NCBI GenBank assembly: GCA_963719945.1
Contig: CAVRDX010000001.1
Location: 288,001 to 352,000 of the forward strand
From: an uncultured Thermoplasmata archaeon
GTDB lineage: Archaea; Thermoplasmatota; Thermoplasmata; UBA10834
Direction of reading: 5' to 3'
Length of the DNA stretch: 64,000 nt
Numbering within the stretch: position 1 is the first letter of the stretch; every line of letters starts with the position of its first letter. Positions 19,690 through 29,853 of this stretch are shown here, piece after piece. The notes under the pieces are model-generated. The model was not told the origin of the DNA. It was given only the letters and a program-made list of their open reading frames with translations, and ran no database searches. Position numbers and translations under genes: made by a program.

Positions 19690-21402
19690 TCAGGCATTCT
19701 TCATGGCATATTCGAACAGCGACTCCTTTGGTTCGCCGAGATTCATCTCGTACTCTTCATAGAGTCTGATCGCCATGGAACGTCTCATGAATTTCATCGG
19801 CAGAGTCCCTGAGCGTAGCAGTGTGTCGTGGAAGAACCTCAGGGTGAATTTGTCTCCCATGAGTTCCTTCACATCGTCCCTGAGCTGGAGGATGTTTAGC
19901 TTTCCGATGAAGTACGATAGATAATATGTCGGGGTTATTGCGTATGTGCGGACATCGTTCATCGCTGCCTTTCTCTGAAGGCCGACTTCCGTTACGAGCA
20001 AGTCAGTCACTTCCTCCGTCGTAGTTCTGCCAGTCGACAACTTGACATCAGCGATTACCCTCACGATTCTGAAAACTAGATCATTCAGCTGTGCCAGTCT
20101 CTCGATCGGCGTGCTGCTGAATCCCTGAGCCATCATCATCTCTTCACAGTAGAGTGCCCAGCCCTCGGCGAAATCCATGGATGCGCTAAGGGCTCTCAGA
20201 TATGATGGGTTGGCATTGGCGACTATCCCTTGCAGGTGATGTCCTGGATATCCTTCGTGGACTGCAGTGTTCGCGATGGTCCCGAACGCGTGATCCATCA
20301 GGAGTTCTGGGTCATTATCCGGCGTCACCAGGAACAACCCTTTCATGTCTGTGGAAAACTTGGCTGGCTCGTATTGTGCTGCAAAAGGCGCGGTGTGTCT
20401 CATGAAGACGGGGGTCTCAATGACCAGCAGCTTCTCTCCGTCAGGAACTGTCGCGATATCGTTATCTATAACGAATAGGCGTGAACGCTCGATCTCCTTT
20501 CTATACGCCTTCAAAACCTCTTCGAAGTTCTTTGGATGGTTCGATCGCATCTTGTTTCTGGCATCGATTGGGTCGCAGGTATCTACAATCTCCTTCGAGA
20601 TTTCAGCCATCTCTTTCTTGACGATTTGGAGATAAGTCTCGGCAATTTCCAATGCCTCATCGGAGGTCATTCCATAGCTTCTGAGTTCGAGATACTCCTC
20701 GAACTCCTTCTCTGTCAATATCGAACCGTCATGTGACCGTGGTATCACGTGATCCTTCAACCATCCATTGTAACTCTCAATCTCCTGGTTGCATCTATCG
20801 ACAGCGCTCTCCAATCGGGCGATGACCCCATCATCCTTCGCCGTCTTCTTCGCGATCATCACAATCTCATCGAGAAACGCAGGGAGCCTCATACCGGTTT
20901 CAAGAGTCACTTCGTTGCAGATCTTCAATGGGTCATTGAGGATGGATTTCGAATCCTCGATGAATCGGGGGAATTTCTCAAGTCGTGAAGAAATCGCATC
21001 TAAACGCTTCTCGAAGGGAATGTCATCCCTTACGAACAGGAAGAAGAGCGAGTTGCATATCTCATCAGGTGCCATGCACATATGCTCGTGCATTCTCAAC
21101 TTCTCTATCTCGAATATCCTTATCTCGAACAGATACTTCGCCAGATCCTTGTCCAAGCGTTCGTTGGGCGAGATAGAAGCATCATCGAACTTGTCGAGTT
21201 CGGATATGAAATGGCGCAATCTCTTCGTCTGTTCGGAGAATATGCCCTTGTTGACTGCCTTGACTTCGTGGTCATATCGATGCCATCCCAATTGAGTTGC
21301 ATAGGCTGGGTCCCAGCTCAGTATCTCGTCGATGATGCTTTCGCTGAGATCTTGGAAGAGGAGGTTAGTCATTGGACAAATATGTGCATGATTCAATTGC
21401 AT
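19690..21402 (-). CDS. DUF885 family metallopeptidase-like protein
   Basis: HEGYPGHHLQ, FAEGWALYCE, PTYYLSYFIGK, FHDTLLRSG. Confidence 0.9.
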   Translation of the reverse strand: MQLNHAHICPMTNLLFQDLSESIIDEILSWDPAYATQLGWHRYDHEVKAVNKGIFSEQTKRLRHFISELDKFDDASISPNERLDKDLAKYLFEIRIFEIEKLRMHEHMCMAPDEICNSLFFLFVRDDIPFEKRLDAISSRLEKFPRFIEDSKSILNDPLKICNEVTLETGMRLPAFLDEIVMIAKKTAKDDGVIARLESAVDRCNQEIESYNGWLKDHVIPRSHDGSILTEKEFEEYLELRSYGMTSDEALEIAETYLQIVKKEMAEISKEIVDTCDPIDARNKMRSNHPKNFEEVLKAYRKEIERSRLFVIDNDIATVPDGEKLLVIETPVFMRHTAPFAAQYEPAKFSTDMKGLFLVTPDNDPELLMDHAFGTIANTAVHEGYPGHHLQGIVANANPSYLRALSASMDFAEGWALYCEEMMMAQGFSSTPIERLAQLNDLVFRIVRVIADVKLSTGRTTTEEVTDLLVTEVGLQRKAAMNDVRTYAITPTYYLSYFIGKLNILQLRDDVKELMGDKFTLRFFHDTLLRSGTLPMKFMRRSMAIRLYEEYEMNLGEPKESLFEYAMKNA

Positions 21403-21559
21403 ATAAACTTATACCTTATAAGTGAGCGTCATTTCGAAGTTGCCAGATGGGCTGTAATAGGTGTGATGATCCATTGGAAACGACGCTTTTCCAGCCAGTG
21501 CTAATTAAGCGCCTATCGCAAAGGCTTATACACTGCCTGTCTAATCCCAAGAATCCAAA

Positions 21560-23845
21560 ATGCCAAGCTCAGGCAATCAGTCTGTTACGGTCACACTGAG
21601 GCGCGACCTAGGCCTTTTCGATGTGACGATGATAGGCATTGGTGCCATGATCGGTACCAGCATATTCGTCCTCATAGGGGTCACCACAAGGGAGGTCGGA
21701 GCAGCTGTGCTGCTCGTCTTCGTACTCAATGCGATAGCGACCATCTTCACCGCTGGGACATATGCTGAGCTAGGCTCCACATTCCCAGAGGCAGGTGGAG
21801 GCTATCTATGGGCTAAGAAGGGGTTGAGGCACCCTTCGGCGTTCCTGTCTGGGTGGATGTCTTGGTTCGGTCATACAGTTGCCTGCAGTTACTATGCCTT
21901 GGGCTTGGGTTATGCGATGGTTGCATTCATCGCATACTTCGAAATCGATTTCTTCGGCCTTGCGGATGACATGATCGTTAAACTCTTCGCGGTCCTCGCG
22001 ATAATATCTTTCGTTGGAGTGAATTATATCGGTGTTGGTGCCACGGGCAAGGCAGGCGCCATGATCACCCTGATCCAGATACTAATCGTCGCGTTCTTTG
22101 TAGCGTTCTCGATACTGTTCGCCCTTGATGTATCTGGCATCTACATGCTCAAGAGTATCGGTCCGATCTTTCCGGATGATTTCACTCGCATCTTCATGGT
22201 GATGGGATTCACCTTTATCGCATTCGAAGGCTACGAGATCATCGTCCAATGCGGCGAAGAAGTGAAGGATCCGAAGAAGAACATACCCCGCGCGATCTTC
22301 ATCTCCGTCCTTGTCGCTGCTGTGCTGTACATCTCTGTGGCGTTGGCCTGCCTCCTGAATTTCTCTACCGAATGGCTAGGTGCACAGGGCGAGAATGCGG
22401 TCATCGAGAGTGCTAAGAATGTGATTCCATACCTGGGCGCCCCACTGGTCATTTTCGGAGGAGTGCTTTCCGCGATGGCAGCGTTGAACGCGACCGTTTT
22501 TTCATCATCCAGGGTTAGTTTTGCCATGGGCAGGGATAACTCATTGCCAAAGGTATTCGGGGCAGTTCACAAGAAAAGGCGTGTTCCTCACAACGCCATC
22601 GCGATAACTGGATTGATAATGTTGTTCATGGCGTTATTCTTCCCACTGGAGGTAGTGGTTGCATCGACATCGATCATGTTCCTGCTTCTTTTCACATTCG
22701 CCAATGCGGCATCCATCAAATTGAGGCGTAGACTCACGAAGATAGATATCGGGTTCAAGACACCTTTGTTCCCGCTCTTCCCGGTTGTCGGGATTATCAG
22801 CAGCCTAGCGATTGCCGTGTATATGTTCAATTTCATGCCGATGGCTTGGTATATCACACTCATTTGGCTGGGGGCAGGCCTCGCTCTGTCCGTCTTCGCG
22901 AAGCCCGCAGAGGAATTCCAATCGATCGTCGAGAGGAAGCGGGTCCCGGCAAAGCCTCTTCCGAAGGACCAGATCGAACGGTACAGAGTCTTCCTCGCAC
23001 TCGGAGACCTTGGCGACCTCAGGCTCGTGGAAACTGCAGGTGTCATCGCGCGGTATTTCAAGGGCGAATTGACTGTGAACACTGTGGTCGAGGTACCTCG
23101 GGCGATGCCTTTGGAGGCCATCAGCAGGGATTATGTTGACGAGATCGCCCAGGGATTGAAGAAAGCCATCAAGGTGGCGCCTTCTACTGTCAAAGTCCGT
23201 CCTGTGGTCTCAGTATCGTATTACGTGCCCGGAGCGATCGTGGACCAGATCAAGCACGATGCTGCCAACCTTCTGGTCCTGGGCTGGAAAGGCACTCGCA
23301 GACGCGGAAGAACCATATTAGGTAGGAATCTGGACGAGGTGGTGAGGCGGGCACCTTGCGATGTGGCGATCATCAAGACCAAGAGGTTGAGCAAGAACAT
23401 AGAGAAGATACTCCTCGTCTCGGGTAAATACTATGAAACCAGGAAGGCACTTCTTCTCGCACTGCCACTCGCAAAAGAATATGGTGCTTCGATCGACATC
23501 CTTTCTGTGATAACTGACGACAAGCAGGTGGAACTTGCGAAGGGCAATGCGGATAGATTGAGCAAGATGTGTACCCGGGTTAATGTACCTCACGAGGTCC
23601 ATATCGTGCGCTCGAAATCGCGCGTTAACGCCGTGCTCGAAGCGGCCAAGAAATGCGATCTATTAGTGATGGGTGCGGGATCACAGACTGCGATAGAGAA
23701 GACTCTGCTCGGGACCACATATGATAGGATCATACGGTCGGTAGATGTGCCTGTGATGGTCCTGAAGACCACGAATGTCAATAGGACCCCACAGCCAGGA
23801 ACGGTCGTATCATTCCCGACCTTTATGCCACCTGGCAGGACCTAA
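21560..23845 (+). CDS. APC amino acid permease fused to two universal stress protein domains
   Basis: GIGAMIGTSIF, YAELGS..PEAGGGY, FEGYE, about 12 TM; LVLGWKG...RAPCDV and LVMGA...DVPVMVLK. Confidence 0.92.
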   Translation: MPSSGNQSVTVTLRRDLGLFDVTMIGIGAMIGTSIFVLIGVTTREVGAAVLLVFVLNAIATIFTAGTYAELGSTFPEAGGGYLWAKKGLRHPSAFLSGWMSWFGHTVACSYYALGLGYAMVAFIAYFEIDFFGLADDMIVKLFAVLAIISFVGVNYIGVGATGKAGAMITLIQILIVAFFVAFSILFALDVSGIYMLKSIGPIFPDDFTRIFMVMGFTFIAFEGYEIIVQCGEEVKDPKKNIPRAIFISVLVAAVLYISVALACLLNFSTEWLGAQGENAVIESAKNVIPYLGAPLVIFGGVLSAMAALNATVFSSSRVSFAMGRDNSLPKVFGAVHKKRRVPHNAIAITGLIMLFMALFFPLEVVVASTSIMFLLLFTFANAASIKLRRRLTKIDIGFKTPLFPLFPVVGIISSLAIAVYMFNFMPMAWYITLIWLGAGLALSVFAKPAEEFQSIVERKRVPAKPLPKDQIERYRVFLALGDLGDLRLVETAGVIARYFKGELTVNTVVEVPRAMPLEAISRDYVDEIAQGLKKAIKVAPSTVKVRPVVSVSYYVPGAIVDQIKHDAANLLVLGWKGTRRRGRTILGRNLDEVVRRAPCDVAIIKTKRLSKNIEKILLVSGKYYETRKALLLALPLAKEYGASIDILSVITDDKQVELAKGNADRLSKMCTRVNVPHEVHIVRSKSRVNAVLEAAKKCDLLVMGAGSQTAIEKTLLGTTYDRIIRSVDVPVMVLKTTNVNRTPQPGTVVSFPTFMPPGRT

Positions 23846-24306
23846 CCTACTATTCCTCCGAAGAGTTCTTCGAGTGCCTTCCTCGCGGTCTTGGTGAGGT
23901 CCATCTTCTTTGCATCTTCATAATTGACCCACTTGATGTCCTGCACCTCGGCGCTCAACCTGGTCTCTCCTCCAATAGGCTTCGACAGAAAATCCACGAG
24001 GACGAAATGGAACTTGATTTTGCCCGACTCGTCCCTATCGATCATATCGAACACATTGATCAGCTCTAGAACCTCGACCGTGATGCCTGTCTCTTCCTCG
24101 GTCTCCCTTATTGCGGCTTCCGAGAGTTTCTCTCCAATCTCTACGAGACCACCTGGTATACTCCACTTGCCTGCACCAGGGTCGAAGGCTCGCTTTATCA
24201 GCAATATCTTACCCTCTTTGATGGTGACAGTGCCAACTCCCACAAGGGGGGCATCCGGATATTCGCGTCTGCGTCCATGGTTGTCATTGTCCGTCATGTT
24301 CATCAC
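23842..24306 (-). CDS. Nudix hydrolase (ADP-ribose pyrophosphatase-like)
   Basis: Nudix box GGLVEIGEKLSEAAIRETEEETG; REYPDAPLVGVG. Confidence 0.93.
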   Translation of the reverse strand: MMNMTDNDNHGRRREYPDAPLVGVGTVTIKEGKILLIKRAFDPGAGKWSIPGGLVEIGEKLSEAAIRETEEETGITVEVLELINVFDMIDRDESGKIKFHFVLVDFLSKPIGGETRLSAEVQDIKWVNYEDAKKMDLTKTARKALEELFGGIVG

Positions 24307-25448
24307 TTTCTTCTTTTCCTCAATATCGCGAAGGACATCGCCACTGCAATCGAAGCCACCATTATTATTATAATCCCTATTATCAAGGTCGTATTATTGG
24401 CATCCTCGGCGGATAGCCAGAGTATTCCGCTCAAGAGCGCCTGCGATATCACTTCTATCTGTTCCACCGAGATCGTATCGACAGTATCCTGTGAAGTATG
24501 GTAGTACGGATTGACTGGAATATACACTGGTGGAACCACTCCTGCCATATAGGTTTCCTCTGTCACCAGCATGCTCCGGTAGTTTCCCTCCCAGAACGAT
24601 GAATGGTCGCTGTATATGGTCCATGGTGAATTCACTATATCGATGGTCAGCTCGAGGTCCAACTGTTCTGCCAGATACTTGGTTGCGTCTGCCATGAGAT
24701 TGGATTCTTCGTTGGTGATCATTGTCGTGATGTTCTCTGTCCCTGCCCTGTATCCGATCATGTCGAGGATAGCAGAACCCTTGTAAGTCTCACCATTCGC
24801 GACTTCTTGTTTGACGAAGTACGCGCTGCCAGCACACCCTCCCGAATGATCGTATCCTAATTCCTCCGCTCCAAAGGCAACGAACTTCACGGTATTATGG
24901 AGGTCGACATCCGCCAGTACCCTGGCCATCTCGATTATCGCTGCGATTCCTGATGCGTCGTCATCTGCACCTGGGGCGGTCAGGAGTTCTGCATCTATCA
25001 GGGTATCAGCAAGGCGGTTCTCAGAATCATAGTGCGCTCCAAATAGGAACAGCCCTTCGCTTCCACTATCGGTTGGAATGGTCGCAATGATATTGGAGCT
25101 GATGACATCTCCAATGGTAAACTGCTGGATCTCGGTCTCCAATCCTATATCAACGAATCTCTCATAGATGTAGAGTGCGGATTCTCTTGAGCTCTCTAAG
25201 ACAAAACTCCTGGACCCAAAATCCTCAAGCTCTTCGATCGTCGCCATGATATTCGAACTATCGACCTTTTGAATGATTGCCAGAATCTCATCCATATCTG
25301 GCCCTGCCTTCGCGGGCATGATTCCAGTGCTTGCAGAGAACAGGATCGTGCAGACCATGATGGTTGCAGATGCGAAAGCCGTTGCCCTGGTTATCGCCTC
25401 TTTATGCGATGAACGCGGAGACCATTGCCTGGGTGGCTGTTCATCCAT
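24303..25448 (-). CDS. Membrane-anchored M28 family aminopeptidase
   Basis: GAHYDS, PGADDDASG, GAEELG, LDMIGY, SDH, YHT; N-terminal signal and C-terminal TM plus KRRK. Confidence 0.92.
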   Translation of the reverse strand: MDEQPPRQWSPRSSHKEAITRATAFASATIMVCTILFSASTGIMPAKAGPDMDEILAIIQKVDSSNIMATIEELEDFGSRSFVLESSRESALYIYERFVDIGLETEIQQFTIGDVISSNIIATIPTDSGSEGLFLFGAHYDSENRLADTLIDAELLTAPGADDDASGIAAIIEMARVLADVDLHNTVKFVAFGAEELGYDHSGGCAGSAYFVKQEVANGETYKGSAILDMIGYRAGTENITTMITNEESNLMADATKYLAEQLDLELTIDIVNSPWTIYSDHSSFWEGNYRSMLVTEETYMAGVVPPVYIPVNPYYHTSQDTVDTISVEQIEVISQALLSGILWLSAEDANNTTLIIGIIIIMVASIAVAMSFAILRKRRK

Positions 25449-25499
25449 GTTTTCGGATTAGCGGTCAACCATATAAAATGGTTCAGCTATACGCGCATC

Positions 25500-26189
25500 G
25501 TGGAACTTGAGCCAATCTTTAGGCAGATAGGAAAGCAGGTGACCGAGGATAGGGTATCCGCGGAATATCATCAATACACTGAGCTCAAACATACTTGGAG
25601 GCTCAGGAATCACACGCTGTCATTCAAAATAAGCGATTATATGGATGGCGCTCCTGATGAGATCACAGAAGCACTCGCATGGTATCTCATATGCCGAGCG
25701 AAGGGCAGCAAATGCCCTGCTGGAATGGCTGCTCAATACCTCGACTATGCTCGATCGACCGGACTATGGGCGTCCAAGAGGGACTCGTACATATCAAGAG
25801 CGAGGAACCTGTCCTTCCGTCCTGTCGGAAGCCACAGGGATCTCGGCCAGGTATTCGACTACGTAAATGGATGCTATTTCAGCGGTGGATTGAGGCGACC
25901 AGATCTAGCGTGGACGAAGGAGTCCCCAAAATCCCGTCTCGGTTTCTATTTCAAGGCGTTGAACCTTCTGGCCGCCAATCGTGTTCTAGACTCTGAGCGA
26001 GTCCCTCGGTATGTGCTCGAATTCGTCGTCTATCACGAACTGCTACACGAGGTAATGAATCCAAAGGGGACTGCTACAAGGAGCATCCACCACACTAAGG
26101 AGTTCAAGGAGCGCGAACAACAGTTCTCGATGTATTCTGAGGCGGAGGCCTGGCTCTTGAAACTCTCACGCCCCAGAACAAGAAGATGA
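25500..26189 (+). CDS. YgjP/SprT-like zinc metalloprotease domain protein
   Basis: VPRYVLEFVVYHELLH, HTKEF; likely GTG start at 25500. Confidence 0.8.
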   Translation: MELEPIFRQIGKQVTEDRVSAEYHQYTELKHTWRLRNHTLSFKISDYMDGAPDEITEALAWYLICRAKGSKCPAGMAAQYLDYARSTGLWASKRDSYISRARNLSFRPVGSHRDLGQVFDYVNGCYFSGGLRRPDLAWTKESPKSRLGFYFKALNLLAANRVLDSERVPRYVLEFVVYHELLHEVMNPKGTATRSIHHTKEFKEREQQFSMYSEAEAWLLKLSRPRTRR

Positions 26190-26533
26190 TCCGTGTCCCC
26201 CAGGTGTAACAGTGCGATTCATGGTATGCTTAGCACTCTCGTCGCCCTGACCCTCCTGGGGGTTTTGTTGCACGTCGTGTTGTCCACTACACATGCTTCG
26301 GTGTCTCACCGGTGATTCATAGAGGGACCCATATGACGCACTGTAGCCTGGTGTCGGAACACTGCATCATGTAGATCAGCAGCATAGTATTCCAGGCAAG
26401 AGTATTACACCGTTTGTTGGATATATGGCTTTCCCTATGCAATTCGCCTCAAGAATCGTGGCCAGCATGATTCTGGATATCGAGGACACGATACGCAATT
26501 ATTTTTATAGCCATAAGTTATCTTAAAACATAT

Positions 26534-27424
26534 ATGGCAGCGTTGATTGGCTGCTCAGGGTGGTCTTACGATGACTGGGTCGGCAGATTCTATCCTGCCG
26601 ATCTCGCGAGCAGGAAGGGGGAGTGGTTCGCATACTATTCCAAGTACTTTCCTTCAGTCGAGATCAATTCGACCTTCTACAGGGTGCCAAATGAGTATAT
26701 GGTGAAATCTTGGATAGAGAAGGGCCGCCAGAGGCTAGGGTTCGAGTTTTCCGTGAAACTGCCTCAGATGGTGACTCACGACTCTATCCTGAAGGATTCT
26801 TCTGAGGCAGCAGCATCTCAGGCATCGAGCTTCGAAGGTATATGCGTCAGACCACTGGCGGAGGCAGGTCTTCTCGGTGCGGTCCTGATTCAATTGACTC
26901 CGCACTTCAGGTTCGAAGGCAAGGGTAGCTTGGGGAAGTTGAGGTCGCTCTTCCAGATGCTCGATACAGATCTCTATGATTATGCAGTGGAGTTCCGTCA
27001 CAGGTCGTGGCTTAACGAGCGAGGTAACGAACTCGCGCCAGATGCGGTGGAGGTCCTTCAGGAGTTCGGTGTCGCAAATGTGATAGTGGATGGACCAGGG
27101 TTCCCCATAACTCGATCCCTCACATCGAAGCATGCCTATGTGCGATTTCACGGTCGGAACTACGATATCTGGTACAAGGACGAACTTGAGGACGACTACA
27201 GAATCAACCGCTACGACTACCTCTATTCACATGATCAACTGGCTGATTGGGAGCCGAGACTTTCGGAGATAGTCTCCAACTGCGAGAAGGCACGAATATA
27301 TTTCAATAACCATGGGCGAGCGAAGGCCGTCAAGAACGCTTTCCAGATGATGGAGATTCTCGGCATGCCTCATGAACACAAGGAAGTTTTCATACAGGAC
27401 CAGATGACGCTCGGCGGCTATTGA
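26534..27424 (+). CDS. DUF72 (YecE) family protein
   Basis: IGCSGWSY, VEINSTFY, AVEFRH, YVRFHGRN, RYDYLYS, YFNNH. Confidence 0.95.
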   Translation: MAALIGCSGWSYDDWVGRFYPADLASRKGEWFAYYSKYFPSVEINSTFYRVPNEYMVKSWIEKGRQRLGFEFSVKLPQMVTHDSILKDSSEAAASQASSFEGICVRPLAEAGLLGAVLIQLTPHFRFEGKGSLGKLRSLFQMLDTDLYDYAVEFRHRSWLNERGNELAPDAVEVLQEFGVANVIVDGPGFPITRSLTSKHAYVRFHGRNYDIWYKDELEDDYRINRYDYLYSHDQLADWEPRLSEIVSNCEKARIYFNNHGRAKAVKNAFQMMEILGMPHEHKEVFIQDQMTLGGY

Positions 27425-27429
27425 CCTGT

Positions 27430-29853
27430 TCACGAGACCAGGAACGCGGTGCTGCTCCCGTCCTCCTGTTCTTCCACCTTCACGATGGATGCCATCAGGT
27501 CCTTGACATCCTCTAAGTGAGTTATGAGGAATATCTGTCTAAACTGGGTCGATAGGTTGGACAGGGCTGCCATTACACTCCTCTTGCGAGCAGGGTCGAG
27601 TGATCCGAATATCTCGTCCAGTATGAGGAAGTTTATCGGGTTGGCCCCAGTCCTCTCCGCTATGATCCTCGAGATCGCCAACCTGAGGGATAGGTTCGCG
27701 AGGTCTGCTTCCCCTCCCGAGAACCTGCTGATCGGATACAGTGTGCCTTGGTCATCGATCTGGATCTCATAACTGTCGTTCAATTCGACCCCGGAGTACC
27801 TGCCCTCTGTCATGGACTCGAATACATGGGACGTGAGATCTGAGAGGGTCGGGGCCACTTTGCCGATCAGATGATCCCTGAATGTTATCAGCACGTCCTC
27901 GAGAAGTGCGAGGTCATCAGCCTTAGTACGTTCCATCTCTATGCTCTTCTTGACCCTCGAGATGTTCTCCAACTCCTTCCGAGCCGTTTGGAGTTCGGAC
28001 CTGCTGCTATCCTTCGAATCGGAGAGTCTCCGCACCTCGTCTTTGGCCTTGGATAGCACGTTCATTTTTTCATCAATATCCTTGAGAATGACTTCATATA
28101 GCTCTTTCTTTGGTTCAAGTTCGGAAATGAGGGTCTTCAGGGTGCGCTCCTCCATGGAGTTCTTGTCTATCCATTCCTTGACTTCTCGCATCTCGTGATC
28201 GGATCGCGCCATCTCTTCCTGAGTCCCCTTCAAACGGACGAACTCGTCGTGCATGGGTTTCAGCCGGTCCCTCTCCGCTCTCGTCTTGGCATATTCGTCC
28301 TCTGAGAATGTTATCTTGCCTAGTTCTTCAATATCTCGATTCTTGGAGGCTATCCTTTCATCTATCGCTTTCGATTGTCTTTGGGATGCCTCAATCTGAG
28401 ACTCGAGCCTTCCTTTCCTGCGAGTCTCCGCCTCGATCCAAGCGGCTTTCTTCTTGAAAGCCTCCTCCCTCTTCGAAATACCTGCCAGGTCCGCATTTGC
28501 CTTTTCCATCTCTGTCTTCGCTTCGGAGGCAACCCGTTCGGCCTCCGATGATGACTCCGACAACTTGCTGACCAGGAGCCCATAGGCGTTCTCCAACCTT
28601 CTCTCGCAGGTTGGGCAGGTGCCTTCTGAGCCAAGTTTAGAGATCTCTTCGAGTTTCTTGCGGTCCTTCAACGCCGATTCGATGCGTTCCTTTGTCTTCG
28701 CCTTGAGTTCCCCTATCCTGTGCGAGAGGTCCGTCCTGGCCTTCTCTGCTTCAGCACGGGATCTGTCCAGATTCTCCTTCTGTTCTTCAAGCTCAGGGAA
28801 CTTTGAGAGTTCCTCTTCGATCCCTTTGGCCTCTGATCTGATCTGCTCCTTCGACTTCTCATCGGTCTCGATATCCTTGGCAAGGTGCATGGCACGCTCA
28901 GCTTTCCGCCTGGATCCCTCCAACTCGTCCAGTGTGGATGAAATCTTGCCCCAGTCAGTCTCCGCCTTCTCAAGCACTGGAAGTCTCTGCAGCTTGACCT
29001 TTGCCTCATTGATTCTATTCTGCAATCGCTCTTCTCTATTGTGCAATTCTCTTAGCGCTGAGGTCTTCGCTGAGAGGTCCTTATTGGTCGAATTGTACGC
29101 TTCATAGTCCTTCTTGACCTCGTCTCGCCGGCTCTTGGTCACCTCGAAGTCTTTCTTGGCCTTGATCTCATTCTCCTCGGCAGTCTTCAGCATCCGTTCC
29201 GATTCTTCAACGGCTTTCTCTAGAGCTGGCACCTTGCTACCTATCAATGATTCCCGGTCTCGCCCCTCCTCATCATGCAGCGTCTGCTCCGCGCCTTTGA
29301 TCCTCTCTGTCACATCCCTCCTGTCCGCTCTAGCGGTCTGGAGTATGTTATCGACGCCATCGATTCGGAGCATTCGAAGGACCACTTTCTTCCTCTCTCC
29401 TGGTGTGACATTCTGGAGGGCGTTCAATTCCTTCTGGCGCGCGAAGACCGAAGTGAAGAACGATTTGTGTTCCATGCCGATCAGTTTCTCGACGGCCTTC
29501 TTCACGGGCTTATCGCCATCCGCGAGGACCGTGTCTCCTGATTTGAGGGTCGCTTTCATCGTGAGGCTCTTTCCTCCCATCTCCCGTTCGATCCTGTAAT
29601 CGGTGCCTCCCAGCTCGAACTCAAGATTCACAGAACACGATTCTGATGATCCGGCGGTGGCACTTCTTATGCCTTCTCGAGATGTCCTCACCACTTCGTC
29701 TGTATTGCCAAAGAGCGCCCACGCTATCGCTTCTATGATCGTGGTCTTGCCAGTGCCGTTCAATCCGAGTATGCCCACGACTCCATCGGGGAACTCCAGT
29801 TTGACCTCCCGGAATCTCCGATAATTCTTGATCTCGAGGTATGATATCCTCAT
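27430..29853 (-). CDS. rad50: Rad50/SbcC ATPase
   Basis: GLNGTGKT, coiled coil, zinc hook CPTC, FSGGE signature, LILDEIFGSLD, ITH. Confidence 0.93.
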   Translation of the reverse strand: MRISYLEIKNYRRFREVKLEFPDGVVGILGLNGTGKTTIIEAIAWALFGNTDEVVRTSREGIRSATAGSSESCSVNLEFELGGTDYRIEREMGGKSLTMKATLKSGDTVLADGDKPVKKAVEKLIGMEHKSFFTSVFARQKELNALQNVTPGERKKVVLRMLRIDGVDNILQTARADRRDVTERIKGAEQTLHDEEGRDRESLIGSKVPALEKAVEESERMLKTAEENEIKAKKDFEVTKSRRDEVKKDYEAYNSTNKDLSAKTSALRELHNREERLQNRINEAKVKLQRLPVLEKAETDWGKISSTLDELEGSRRKAERAMHLAKDIETDEKSKEQIRSEAKGIEEELSKFPELEEQKENLDRSRAEAEKARTDLSHRIGELKAKTKERIESALKDRKKLEEISKLGSEGTCPTCERRLENAYGLLVSKLSESSSEAERVASEAKTEMEKANADLAGISKREEAFKKKAAWIEAETRRKGRLESQIEASQRQSKAIDERIASKNRDIEELGKITFSEDEYAKTRAERDRLKPMHDEFVRLKGTQEEMARSDHEMREVKEWIDKNSMEERTLKTLISELEPKKELYEVILKDIDEKMNVLSKAKDEVRRLSDSKDSSRSELQTARKELENISRVKKSIEMERTKADDLALLEDVLITFRDHLIGKVAPTLSDLTSHVFESMTEGRYSGVELNDSYEIQIDDQGTLYPISRFSGGEADLANLSLRLAISRIIAERTGANPINFLILDEIFGSLDPARKRSVMAALSNLSTQFRQIFLITHLEDVKDLMASIVKVEEQEDGSSTAFLVS

